From NCBI GenBank assembly GCA_965209055.1, contig OZ242374.1, positions 5,152,001 to 5,216,000 on the forward strand: a stretch of DNA of 64,000 bases, read 5' to 3'. Shown here piece by piece: positions 28,530 to 37,845 of this stretch (its first letter is position 1; each line of letters starts with the position of its first letter). A model generated the notes under the pieces. The model was not told the DNA's origin, did no database searches, and saw only the letters and a program-made list of their open reading frames with translations. A program made the position numbers and the translations under genes. This DNA is from Acidobacteriota bacterium. Its GTDB lineage: Bacteria > Acidobacteriota > UBA6911 > RPQK01 > JAJDTT01.

Positions 28530-31500
28530 ATGTCCAATCGAATTCAGGAGGTCACCCGATACGAGTCGGTCCCCGCCGCCGTGGATCTCTGGATCGATTC
28601 CCTGGACTGCCCCGGCGAGATCCTGATCCTGGCGCCGACCCGGGCGGCGGCCGATGAATTGGCGAGAACCCTGTCTCTGAGCGACCAGGGCCGGATGGGT
28701 CTCCATCGGTGGACACCGGCTCAACTGGCGGCGGCGCTGGCGACCCCGGAATTGGCGGAAGGGGGCCTGGCTCCCCTGAGCCGTCTGGGACTGGAGGCCC
28801 TGGCCGCTCGGGCCGGTTACCGGAGCCGGGAAGCAGACAGCCCAGGTTACTTCGCTCCCGTCTCCGGTATGCCCGGCTTCTCCCGCGCCCTGGCGTCCAC
28901 GCTTCAGGACCTGCGTCTGGCTCAAGCCCGCGGTGACCGGTTGGCGCAATGCAGCCGGGGCGGACCCGATCTGGCCGTCCTGTTGGAACTGTACACGCAG
29001 GAACTCCAGGCACATGCCCTGGCCGACCGGGCCACGATGTTGGCACTGGCGGCAGGGGCTCTGGCCGGAGAGTCTCCGTGGGCCGGCCTTCCCGTGGTGC
29101 TGTTGGACGTTCCTCCCCGTTCCCGGGCCGAGTTCCGCTTCTTCGGCTCTCTCATCGGCAGGTCTCCGGCGACGTTGGCCCTGGTTCTTTCGGGGGACGA
29201 ACCGGGCATGGAGGCCTTCCGGGCGCTGCTGAAAGTCGCGGCTCCAACCCCGCCCCGGAACGGAGGAGAGGCCGGCGGTGCCGCTCTTGGCCGGATCCGA
29301 TCGAGCCTCTTCGCTGCCGGAGAGGTCGCGGGCGGTCCCATGGATCCCGGCTTTCGACTCTTTTCGGCCGTGGGCGAGGGTCACGAGTGCGTGGAGATCG
29401 CCCGGTCCCTCTTGGAGGAGGCCAAGCGGGGAACGGCCTTCGACCGGATGGCGGTCCTGTTGCGCAATCCGGAGGCCTACCAGTCCCAGATGGAGGAGGC
29501 GCTGACCCGTGCGGGCATCCCCGGCTACTTCAGCCGGGGCATCTCGCGTCCCGACCCGGCGGGACGCGCTCTTCTGACCCTCCTGGAGTGCGCCGAGGAG
29601 GGCCTCACGGCCAGCCGATTCGCGGAGTACCTCTCCCTGGGCCAGGTTCCGCGCGGCCACCCCTCCCCGGATCGGATCGAGCAGCAACCTCCCTGGGCCG
29701 GTCCGGGAGAAGACCTGGAGGTGAGCTTCAAGTCGGGCGGCGACGCGCCCGCGGCGGCGGAGGGCGACCCGGACCCGGAAGACGACCGTTCTCCGGTGAT
29801 CGCCGGCACCCTCAGGACCCCGGCTCACTGGGAACGGCTCCTGGTGGATGCCGCCGTCATCGGCGGCAGGGACCGCTGGGAGAGCCGGCTCGCCGTCCTG
29901 GAATCGGACCTCCTGGCGAAACGGAGACGAAGGGAGGCGGAGGGGAACGAAGCGGCGGGACAGGCGCTCCGGAGCCGATTGGACCGGCTCAGGAACCTCA
30001 GGGATTTTGCCCTGCCGGTCATCGAGTTTCTGGGAGACTTTCCTCACCAGCAGAACTGGCGGGCCTGGTTGGAGCGGCTCCGCCAGCTGTCCGCCCTGGC
30101 TCTGCACCGGCCGGACACGGTGCTGTCCCTCCTGGCCGAACTGGAGCCCATGGGACAGGTGGGACCGGTGACCCTCACCGAGGTGAGAGAAGTCCTGAGC
30201 CAACGCCTCGGCGAACTGAGACGGGACCCGCCGGAAAGACCCTACGGCCGGGTCTTCGTCGGAACGCCGGGGGAGGCGTGCGGCCGGTCCTTCCAGGTAG
30301 TCTGTCTTCCCGGACTCTCGGAGGGAATCTTCCCCCGCAAGGCAACCGAGGACCCGCTGCTGCCGGACCCGCTGCGCCAGCGGGTTTCGGCCCACCTTCC
30401 CTTGCTGGCGGACAGGATCCGGGAGGAGCGCCGGTTGTTGCGCATCGCTCTGGCCGCGGCCTCCCGGCGCCTCATCGCTTCCTACCCGCGCATGGACCTG
30501 GTGCGGGGACGGTCCCGGGTCCCCTCCCTCTACGCCCTGGAACTGATGCGCGCAGCCTTGGGACAATTGCCCGACGTCCAGGAACTGGAACGGACGAGCG
30601 CCGCGGCCTCCAGCACCCGTCTGGGTTGGACCGCGCCCCGGGATCCCGCTCGAGCCATCGACGACGCCGAGTACGATCTGGCCACGCTGGGGCCGGTCCT
30701 GCAGGCGCCGAAATCTCAGGACACGGGCCAGGGGCGGTACCTGCTCCTGGTGAATCCGTGGCTGGCGCGGTCTTTGCGGGCACGCTACAAGCGCTGGCGC
30801 CCGGCCTGGTCGGACGACGACGGGATTCTGGCCCGGTCCGATTCCGCGGCCCGCGGGATTCTGCACAAGCACCGGCTCCGCAATCGAAGCTATTCCGCCA
30901 CGGACCTGGAAACGTTCGCCTCCTGTCCGTACCGCTTCTTCCTCCACTCCATCCAGAGGTTGCGGCCGAAAGAGGAAACCCTGGCTCTGGAGCGCATGGA
31001 TCCCCTGACCCGGGGCTCCCTCTTCCATGAAGTCCAGTCCCGGCTCTTTCGCCGGCTCCGGGAAGAGGACCTGCTGCCCATGAATGCGGGAAGGTTGGAG
31101 GACCTCCTGAGCCGGGCGGACCAGGTGCTGGACCAGGTCGCCGGGGGCTACCGGGAGCGCATGGCTCCCATTCTCCCTTCGGTCTGGGAGTCGGAGGTCG
31201 AGGACCTGCGAATCGACCTCCGGACCTGGATCCGCGGCGCCAGCCAGGAGCGGGACGGATGGGTGCCGATCCACTTCGACTACGCTTTCGGCCTTGCCGG
31301 GGGCGACGACCGGGACCGGGACAGCACTCCCGTAGAGGCCGTCATCCTGGACGGGATGCGGCTCCGGGGGATCGTCGACCTGGTGGAAATGCATCCCTCT
31401 CACCGCGTCCTCCGGATCACCGACCACAAGACCGGCAAAGCCAGGGAGCCCGTACCCCAGTCGGTGGGACAAGGCGAAACCCTCCAACCCCTCCTCTATT

Positions 31501-31805
31501 CCCTGGCTGCCCAGGAACTCCTGGGCGTCCCGGTCGTTGGGGGACGCCTCCACTATTGCACCCAGAGAGGGAACTTCCGGATCCACCGGCTCCGGCTCGA
31601 CCGGGAGGGCCGGAACCGGATCGGATCAGTGCTGGAGACCATCGACCAGGCGGTGGGCGAAGGCTTCCTTCCCGCCGCGCCTCGCGAGGAGAGCTGCGCC
31701 ACCTGCGATTACCGGGCGGTCTGTGGACCGTACGAAGAGCTGCGCGCCGGCCTCAAGGAAAGCCGGCCCCTGGAGCCTCTCCTGCAGCTTCGCAAACTTC
31801 CCTGA
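28530..31805 (+). CDS. addB: AddB-like PD-(D/E)XK nuclease subunit
   Basis: SATDLETFASCPY, RGIVDLVE, DHKTG, C-terminal CxxC...C Fe-S cysteines; lies upstream of an AddA-like helicase. Confidence 0.82.
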   Translation: MSNRIQEVTRYESVPAAVDLWIDSLDCPGEILILAPTRAAADELARTLSLSDQGRMGLHRWTPAQLAAALATPELAEGGLAPLSRLGLEALAARAGYRSREADSPGYFAPVSGMPGFSRALASTLQDLRLAQARGDRLAQCSRGGPDLAVLLELYTQELQAHALADRATMLALAAGALAGESPWAGLPVVLLDVPPRSRAEFRFFGSLIGRSPATLALVLSGDEPGMEAFRALLKVAAPTPPRNGGEAGGAALGRIRSSLFAAGEVAGGPMDPGFRLFSAVGEGHECVEIARSLLEEAKRGTAFDRMAVLLRNPEAYQSQMEEALTRAGIPGYFSRGISRPDPAGRALLTLLECAEEGLTASRFAEYLSLGQVPRGHPSPDRIEQQPPWAGPGEDLEVSFKSGGDAPAAAEGDPDPEDDRSPVIAGTLRTPAHWERLLVDAAVIGGRDRWESRLAVLESDLLAKRRRREAEGNEAAGQALRSRLDRLRNLRDFALPVIEFLGDFPHQQNWRAWLERLRQLSALALHRPDTVLSLLAELEPMGQVGPVTLTEVREVLSQRLGELRRDPPERPYGRVFVGTPGEACGRSFQVVCLPGLSEGIFPRKATEDPLLPDPLRQRVSAHLPLLADRIREERRLLRIALAAASRRLIASYPRMDLVRGRSRVPSLYALELMRAALGQLPDVQELERTSAAASSTRLGWTAPRDPARAIDDAEYDLATLGPVLQAPKSQDTGQGRYLLLVNPWLARSLRARYKRWRPAWSDDDGILARSDSAARGILHKHRLRNRSYSATDLETFASCPYRFFLHSIQRLRPKEETLALERMDPLTRGSLFHEVQSRLFRRLREEDLLPMNAGRLEDLLSRADQVLDQVAGGYRERMAPILPSVWESEVEDLRIDLRTWIRGASQERDGWVPIHFDYAFGLAGGDDRDRDSTPVEAVILDGMRLRGIVDLVEMHPSHRVLRITDHKTGKAREPVPQSVGQGETLQPLLYSLAAQELLGVPVVGGRLHYCTQRGNFRIHRLRLDREGRNRIGSVLETIDQAVGEGFLPAAPREESCATCDYRAVCGPYEELRAGLKESRPLEPLLQLRKLP

Positions 31806-31813
31806 GCGGCCTC

Positions 31814-34800
31814 ATGAACGATTCCTTGAAGTTCGGTCCCCAGGCCCCCTCAACTTCCGATTCCGCCGGACGCCGGGCCATCCGCGATTCCCTGGACGCG
31901 AGCCTTCTGGTGGAGGCGGCGGCGGGCACGGGCAAGACCACCGAGCTGGTCCGGCGCCTGGTGGCCGTCCTGGCGAGCGGCCGGGCCCGCGTCGACGGGA
32001 TCGCCGCCGTCACCTTCACCCGGAAGGCGGCCGGCGAGCTGAAGCTGCGTCTGCGAGAGGCGCTGGACCGGGCCCGGCGGCAAGCCTCGGATCCGGCCGG
32101 GATCCGGAATCTGGAGCGGGCGGTGGCGGGGCTGGAGGAGGCCAGCATCTCCACCATCCACTCCTTCTGCGCGGACCTGCTTCGAAAGAGGCCGGTGGAG
32201 GCGGGCGTCGACCCCGATTTCCGGGAAACCTCGGAAGATGAGGCGTCCCGTCTCTTCCGGAGGGCGTTTCGGCAATGGATGGAAGCGCGGATGGCCCATC
32301 CCTCACCGGGACTGGCCCGGGCCCTCCAGCGGTCCCTGACCCCACAGGGGAACGACTTTGGCTCGCCTCTGGACCAGCTTCGCTCGGCCGCCCGGCAACT
32401 TTTGGAATGGCGCGACTATGGTAGTCCCTGGAGACGGGAGGTCTTCGACCGGGAAGGGGCCTTGGACGCCTTGGTCGGCCGGAGCCGGGAGTTGGCGGCC
32501 GACAGCATCCGGTCAACCAACCGGCGGGACAGGCTTCGACAGAATCTGGGTCCGGTTCGGGAACTGGACGCCTGGGTCCGGCGATTCGAGCGAGAGCGGC
32601 GGCGCGACTGCGATCGTCTCGAAGGTCGGATGCTCCGCCTACTGCAACGGTTGAGGTCCCGCTACTTCCGGCCGGCCCGGACCGGAGAATACGCTCCCGG
32701 CCTGCCCCGGGCGGTGGTGGTGCAGGCACGGGAAAACCTGCTTCGGGAGTTGAAGGATTTCACGCGGTGCGCCGACGCCGACCTGGCGGCGCTGCTCCGT
32801 GAGGAACTCCTGGAAGTAGCCCCCTTCTATGAGACGCTCAAGGAACAGACCAGCCGGCTCGACTTCATGGACCTGCTGATCAAGACCCGGGACCTGATCC
32901 GGGACCGGCCGTCGGTCCGCGGGGATTTCCAGGAACAGTTCAGCCACGTCTTCGTCGACGAGTTCCAGGACACCGACGCGCTCCAGGCCGAGATTCTGAT
33001 GCTCCTGTCGGCGGACGACCCCGAGGAGACGAATTGGCGCAGGGTCCGGCCCGTTTCCGGAAAGCTCTTTCTGGTGGGAGACCCCAAGCAGTCCATCTAT
33101 CGCTTCCGGCGCGCCGACGTGGTCCTGTACCAGGAGATCAAGGAGATCCTGCAGGCGGCCGGGGTGAGCGTGGTCCACCTGAAGCGGAACTTCCGCTCCG
33201 TGCGGCCCCTGCAAATGGCCGTCAACGCGGCCTTCGCGCCGGAGATGACGGCCGACCCCGTCAGCGGGCAGCCCGACTACGTCCCGCTCAAGAGCCACCG
33301 AGCCGGCGAGGGAGATCAGCCGGCCCTCATCGCCCTTCCGGTGCCGCGTCCCTACAGCAAATGGGGGAACCTGGCCAACGCGGCCATCGAAGAGAGCCTG
33401 CCCCAGACCGTCGCTGCCTTCACCGACTGGCTGCTGCGGGAAAGCGGCTGGCAGGTGGGCGACCCGGAGGACCCGTCCCGGCGCATCCCCATTTCACCCG
33501 GCCACGTCTGCATCCTGTTCCGGCGGTTCGTCAGTTGGAGGCGGGACGTCACGCGAGACTATGCCAGGGGTTTGGAGATCCGCGGGATTCCCCACGTCCT
33601 GATGGGCTCCCGATCCTTCCATCAGCGGGAAGAGGTCGAGACCCTTCGGGTGGCCTTGGGCGCCATCGAGCGGCCGGACGACGAGCTCTCGATCTACGCG
33701 ACGCTCCGCGGCTCCCTCTTCTGGATCCGGGATTCCCTGTTGCTTCGCTTCCGGGATCGTCACGGTTCGCTCCATCCGTTCCGTCCTCGCCCCGAAGACC
33801 TGCATGCCGACCTGGAGCCGGTGGCCGAAGCGCTGGATATCCTGGCCCGTCTGCACCGCCGGCGCAACCGCCGCCCCGTCGCCGAGACCCTTTCCCGGCT
33901 CCTTTCTCTGACGCGGGCTCACGCGGGATTCGCGCTGCGCCCGGCGAGCCATCAGGTTCTGGCCAACGTGCAGCGGGTCTGCGATCTGGCCCGGGCCTTC
34001 GAGACCGGCGGGGGAGGGTCGTTCCGGGCATTTGTGGAACATCTGGAACGACTGGCGCGGCGGCGCACCGGCGCCGAGGCCCAGGTTTCCGAGGAAGGAG
34101 TCGACGGGGTCCACCTGATGACCGTCCACAACGCCAAGGGCCTGGAGTTTCCGGTGGTGATCCTGGCAGATACGACGGCGCACCTCTCTTCCGCGCGCCC
34201 GGACAAGCACGTCGATTCCAGCCGCAACCTGGCGGCCTTCAGCCTCATGGGATGTGTCCCCTGGGAGCTGTTGGACCATCGCGGCGAAGAGGCGGCGCGG
34301 GACCGGGCGGAGGGAGTCCGCCTCGCCTACGTCGCCGCAACGCGGGCCCGTGACCTGCTGGTGGTCCCCGGGCTGGGGACAGGTCCCAGGCCGGGATCGA
34401 GGCCGGAATGGTTGGCGCCTCTGGAGAAGTCCGTCTATCCGGCGCGGCCGGACTGGAATCGGGGCGGACCGGCTCCCGGCTGCCCCGCCTTCGGGGCTCG
34501 CAGTCTGCTTCAGAACCCCAGGGGGCGCGTCGAAGCCTCCATCCGGCCCGGCCTCCACCGCCCTCAGACGGGAGATCACACCGTGGTCTGGTGGGACCCC
34601 GGGTTGCTGGACCTGGCGGTCCGTCCCAACTTCGGCCTGCAGCGGGAGCGGATCCTGGCCGACGACGAAGCGGGCCAGGCTGGGAAAGAAGGCCTTGCCC
34701 GCTACGAGCGGTGGCGGGAAGGCCGGCGGCGGGCGCTGAGGTCCGGATCCGAGCCCACGCTTCAGGTGTTGACGGTCACCGGGGAACCCTCACCGGGAGA

Positions 34801-35287
34801 CCCTCCCGAGTGTCCCTCCGTGGGGCTGGAGACTCATCCGATTCCCGATTCCCGGCCCACCGGTCCCAGGTTCGGGACCCTGGTCCACACGTTGTTGCGG
34901 GACGTCCGGCTGGATGCCGGCGAACCGGAGGTCCGGAGGCTCGCCCGGCTCCATGGCAGGATCCTGGGCGTGACGAACCAGGAGCGAAAGTCCGCCATCC
35001 AGGCCGTGCGCTCCGCCTTGGAACATCCGCTGCTGAAACGGGCGCGGGCTGCCCGGAGGCGTCACCGGGAGTTTCCTTTCGTGCTCACGGTTGCGGAAGG
35101 AAGACTGCTGGAAGGCACCATCGATCTGGCCTTCCAGGAGGAGGGCCGCTGGATCGTGGTGGACTTCAAGACGGACGTTCACCTCAAACCGGACGATCCG
35201 GACTACGTACGGCAGGTGCAATGGTATGCGTATGGGCTGAAGCGGATCACGGGACAGCCGGCGGAAGGATGGTTGCTGGGGATCTGA
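31814..35287 (+). CDS. addA: AddA-like UvrD helicase-nuclease
   Basis: AAAGTGKT, VDEFQDTD, VGDPKQSIYRFRRAD, TVHNAKGLEF, YVAATRARD, C-terminal GTIDL..VDFKTD. Confidence 0.88.
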   Translation: MNDSLKFGPQAPSTSDSAGRRAIRDSLDASLLVEAAAGTGKTTELVRRLVAVLASGRARVDGIAAVTFTRKAAGELKLRLREALDRARRQASDPAGIRNLERAVAGLEEASISTIHSFCADLLRKRPVEAGVDPDFRETSEDEASRLFRRAFRQWMEARMAHPSPGLARALQRSLTPQGNDFGSPLDQLRSAARQLLEWRDYGSPWRREVFDREGALDALVGRSRELAADSIRSTNRRDRLRQNLGPVRELDAWVRRFERERRRDCDRLEGRMLRLLQRLRSRYFRPARTGEYAPGLPRAVVVQARENLLRELKDFTRCADADLAALLREELLEVAPFYETLKEQTSRLDFMDLLIKTRDLIRDRPSVRGDFQEQFSHVFVDEFQDTDALQAEILMLLSADDPEETNWRRVRPVSGKLFLVGDPKQSIYRFRRADVVLYQEIKEILQAAGVSVVHLKRNFRSVRPLQMAVNAAFAPEMTADPVSGQPDYVPLKSHRAGEGDQPALIALPVPRPYSKWGNLANAAIEESLPQTVAAFTDWLLRESGWQVGDPEDPSRRIPISPGHVCILFRRFVSWRRDVTRDYARGLEIRGIPHVLMGSRSFHQREEVETLRVALGAIERPDDELSIYATLRGSLFWIRDSLLLRFRDRHGSLHPFRPRPEDLHADLEPVAEALDILARLHRRRNRRPVAETLSRLLSLTRAHAGFALRPASHQVLANVQRVCDLARAFETGGGGSFRAFVEHLERLARRRTGAEAQVSEEGVDGVHLMTVHNAKGLEFPVVILADTTAHLSSARPDKHVDSSRNLAAFSLMGCVPWELLDHRGEEAARDRAEGVRLAYVAATRARDLLVVPGLGTGPRPGSRPEWLAPLEKSVYPARPDWNRGGPAPGCPAFGARSLLQNPRGRVEASIRPGLHRPQTGDHTVVWWDPGLLDLAVRPNFGLQRERILADDEAGQAGKEGLARYERWREGRRRALRSGSEPTLQVLTVTGEPSPGDPPECPSVGLETHPIPDSRPTGPRFGTLVHTLLRDVRLDAGEPEVRRLARLHGRILGVTNQERKSAIQAVRSALEHPLLKRARAARRRHREFPFVLTVAEGRLLEGTIDLAFQEEGRWIVVDFKTDVHLKPDDPDYVRQVQWYAYGLKRITGQPAEGWLLGI

Positions 35288-35314
35288 GCCAAATTATGGC
35301 AGTATTGCATCATT

Positions 35315-35596
35315 ATGGTAAAGGTGACCTACTCCCTCGATAATGCGACGGTGCGGCAGATCCGTCGAATGGCGGATCTTTTCGGCATGGCGCAGAGCCA
35401 TGTGGTTCGGGAAGCCGTCGCCGACTACGCCGCGCGGAAGGACCGGCTCAGCGAGCGTGAACGGCTTCGTCTGCTGTCGGTGATCGACCGCCTGCGCGAT
35501 GCACCGGTGACCCGTTCCGAGCAGAGTGTCGACGCTGAAATCCGCGAGGTGCGGGCCGCTCGGCGCCGCGGCGGACGAACGGGGCAAAGGCCGTGA
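35315..35596 (+). CDS. Ribbon-helix-helix antitoxin (VapB-like)
   Basis: MVKVTYSLD...QSHVVREAV; GTGA overlap with the PIN gene. Confidence 0.8.
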   Translation: MVKVTYSLDNATVRQIRRMADLFGMAQSHVVREAVADYAARKDRLSERERLRLLSVIDRLRDAPVTRSEQSVDAEIREVRAARRRGGRTGQRP

Positions 35597-35967
35597 CGAT
35601 TCACCTCGATACGTCTGTGCTGATCGATGCGCTCACGGGCCCTCGCCGCTCGCTGAAACGGCTGTCGGCATTCGTGGCGGAGGGTCACCGGGTGATCCTG
35701 TCGACGGTCGTGCTGTATGAATGGTTGCGCGGGCCCCGAACGACAGCCGAGTTGCAGGTGCAGGAAGAGATGTTTCCGCGCCGCGCGGCCGTCCCGTTCG
35801 ATGCCGAAGCGGCCACTCAGGCCGCGTGGCTTTACCGGCAAACGTCTCGCCCTCGAGGGCGCGAGGTCGATCTCGCTGTAGCGGCCTGCGCTCTGGTGCA
35901 GGGTGCCGCCCTCTGGACGCTGAACCACGACGACTTCCGTGATCTCCCTGGTCTCGAGTTGATGTAG
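35593..35967 (+). CDS. vapC: PIN-domain toxin (VapC family)
   Basis: LDTSVLID, YEWLRG, DLAVAA, TLNHDDF. Confidence 0.9.
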   Translation: MTIHLDTSVLIDALTGPRRSLKRLSAFVAEGHRVILSTVVLYEWLRGPRTTAELQVQEEMFPRRAAVPFDAEAATQAAWLYRQTSRPRGREVDLAVAACALVQGAALWTLNHDDFRDLPGLELM

Positions 35968-36120
35968 GAACCGGAACCGGGCCAACTCCCCTGACGCAAG
36001 CCGGTCCGCACGTCCGAAAAGCGGTTCGCACTCGAATTTGCTACGAGTGAAGATTCGGAGGATCTCTACTATCCGGCGCCCGGAGAGCCGCTCCTGATTC
36101 AGGTTTCCCTGAACCGGGAA

Positions 36121-36180
36121 ATGGGAGACAAGAATGTCCCCTCCCGCGGAACGGGGACAAAGATGTCCCACCCTCCTGCG
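36121..36180. repeat. Two REP-like hairpins
   Basis: GGGAGACAAGAATGTCCCCTCCCGC and GGGGACAAAGATGTCCCACCCTCCTGC (the latter reads GCAG-GAGGGTGGGAC... on the minus strand). Confidence 0.6.
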
Positions 36181-36211
36181 GCGTAGTAGACTGGTTTCAA
36201 GAGATTCGGTG

Positions 36212-37537
36212 ATGGACCTTTCGGCAGCTCCCCCGCAGGTCAATGCCTTTCACGTCCTGACCAAGCCCACCGGGCCCATCTGCAACCTGGACTGCAAGTA
36301 CTGCTTCTACCTGGAGAAGGAGAACCTCTATTCCGGCACGTCCACGTGGGCCATGCCGGACGACGTCCTGGAGTCGTACGTCCGCCAGTACATCGAATCG
36401 CAGCGGGCGCCGGTCATCAGCTTCGCCTGGCAAGGGGGCGAACCCACCCTCCTGGGCGTTGATTTTTTCCGGAAGGTGGTCCGGCTGCAGGCCAGGTACG
36501 CTGCGGGGAAGAAGATCGAGAACGGCTTTCAGACCAACGGGGTCCTGCTGGACGACCGTTGGGGCGAGTTCCTGGCCGAGAACGGATTCCTGGTGGGGAT
36601 CTCCATCGACGGTCCCGAGCGTCTCCACGACCGCTACCGGGTGGACAAGGGAGGAGCCCCTTCCTTTCGAAGGGTGATGAGGGGACTGGGCTACCTCCGG
36701 AAACATGGCGTCGAGTACAACACGTTGACCGTGGTGCAGCGGAGCAACTCCCGCCATCCCCTGGAGGTGTACGGCTTTCTCAAGCAGGCCGGCAGCCGCT
36801 TCATGCAGTTCATTCCCATCGTGGAACGGGAGTCGCCGCAGCCCGATCCGGCCGGACTGGTGCTGATTTCCCCCGATTCGGCTGAGCCGGCCCGGGTGAG
36901 CCCCTGGTCGGTGGACGCAGTCCAGTACGGCAGGTTCCTCTGCGCCATCTTCGACGAGTGGGTGCGGCGGGACGTGGGCCGTTGCTACGTGCAGATCTTC
37001 GACGTGGCCCTGGAGAGTTGGATGGGCATGGCCGCCAGCCTGTGCGTCTTCCGCGAAACCTGCGGCTCGGCCCTGGCCCTGGAGCACAACGGAGATCTCT
37101 ACTCCTGCGACCACTACGTCTATCCGGAGAACCTCCTGGGCAACATCATGGAGGATCCCATGGGGTCGCTGGTCACTTCACCCAGCCAAGTTCGATTCGG
37201 GCAGGACAAGCGGGACCGCCTCCCCCGCTACTGCCGCGAATGCGAGGTCCGGTTCGCCTGCAACGGCGAGTGCCCCAAGCACCGTTTCATCCGGACTCCC
37301 CAGGGAGAAGCGGGGCTCAACTACCTCTGCGCCGGATACAAGCTCTTCTTCAACCACATCGATCCCTACATGCGCTTCATGGCGGGAGAGCTGAGCCAGG
37401 GACGGGCGCCGGCCAACGTCATGTCCTGGGTGCGGCGGCAGGACCTCCAGGCTCAGGGAAGACGGCGACCCGGAAGAAACGATCCCTGCCTCTGCGGAAG
37501 CGGCAAGAAGTTCAAGAAGTGCTGCGGCCGCCGTTGA
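36212..37537 (+). CDS. Anaerobic sulfatase maturase (radical SAM-SPASM) with C-terminal SEC-C motif
   Basis: CNLDCKYCFY, WQGGEPTL, YSCDHYV, CRECEVRFACNGECPK, GRNDPCLCGSGKKFKKCC. Confidence 0.93.
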   Translation: MDLSAAPPQVNAFHVLTKPTGPICNLDCKYCFYLEKENLYSGTSTWAMPDDVLESYVRQYIESQRAPVISFAWQGGEPTLLGVDFFRKVVRLQARYAAGKKIENGFQTNGVLLDDRWGEFLAENGFLVGISIDGPERLHDRYRVDKGGAPSFRRVMRGLGYLRKHGVEYNTLTVVQRSNSRHPLEVYGFLKQAGSRFMQFIPIVERESPQPDPAGLVLISPDSAEPARVSPWSVDAVQYGRFLCAIFDEWVRRDVGRCYVQIFDVALESWMGMAASLCVFRETCGSALALEHNGDLYSCDHYVYPENLLGNIMEDPMGSLVTSPSQVRFGQDKRDRLPRYCRECEVRFACNGECPKHRFIRTPQGEAGLNYLCAGYKLFFNHIDPYMRFMAGELSQGRAPANVMSWVRRQDLQAQGRRRPGRNDPCLCGSGKKFKKCCGRR

Positions 37538-37543
37538 GCCGGA

Positions 37544-37750
37544 TCACCGTCTATCCTCGCGAAGTGCCTCCAGATCGATGGAAACCGGCACCCTGCCCCG
37601 AAGTACCCGGAGGCTCCGGTAAGCCTCGGCGGCGGCAACCAGTCGAAGACCTTGCCGCACCGTTTCCGTGATCCCGCGACCTGTGGATTCCCGAGCCTTC
37701 CTCAACAGATCGGAGGGGACGTGAACCGTGATTTTCTGATTCTTTTTCAC
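37544..37750 (-). CDS. Orphan VapB/CopG-like antitoxin (68 aa)
   Basis: VKKNQKITVHVPSDLLRKARESTGRGITETVRQGL...IDLEALREDRR. Confidence 0.7.
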   Translation of the reverse strand: MKKNQKITVHVPSDLLRKARESTGRGITETVRQGLRLVAAAEAYRSLRVLRGRVPVSIDLEALREDRR

Positions 37751-37845
37751 AGGGAGGATCTTATCGTAGAGGATGCCAACGTCCCACGCGATATGCGGCC
37801 AACCGCCGGGGCCGCCAATAGAAACTGGGAAGCTCCGAACGTCGG

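Noticed and set aside
31259-31813. N-terminal extension of AddA in the ORF track
   Set aside because: Overlaps the addB 3' end; the ATG at 31814 just after the addB stop is the plausible start
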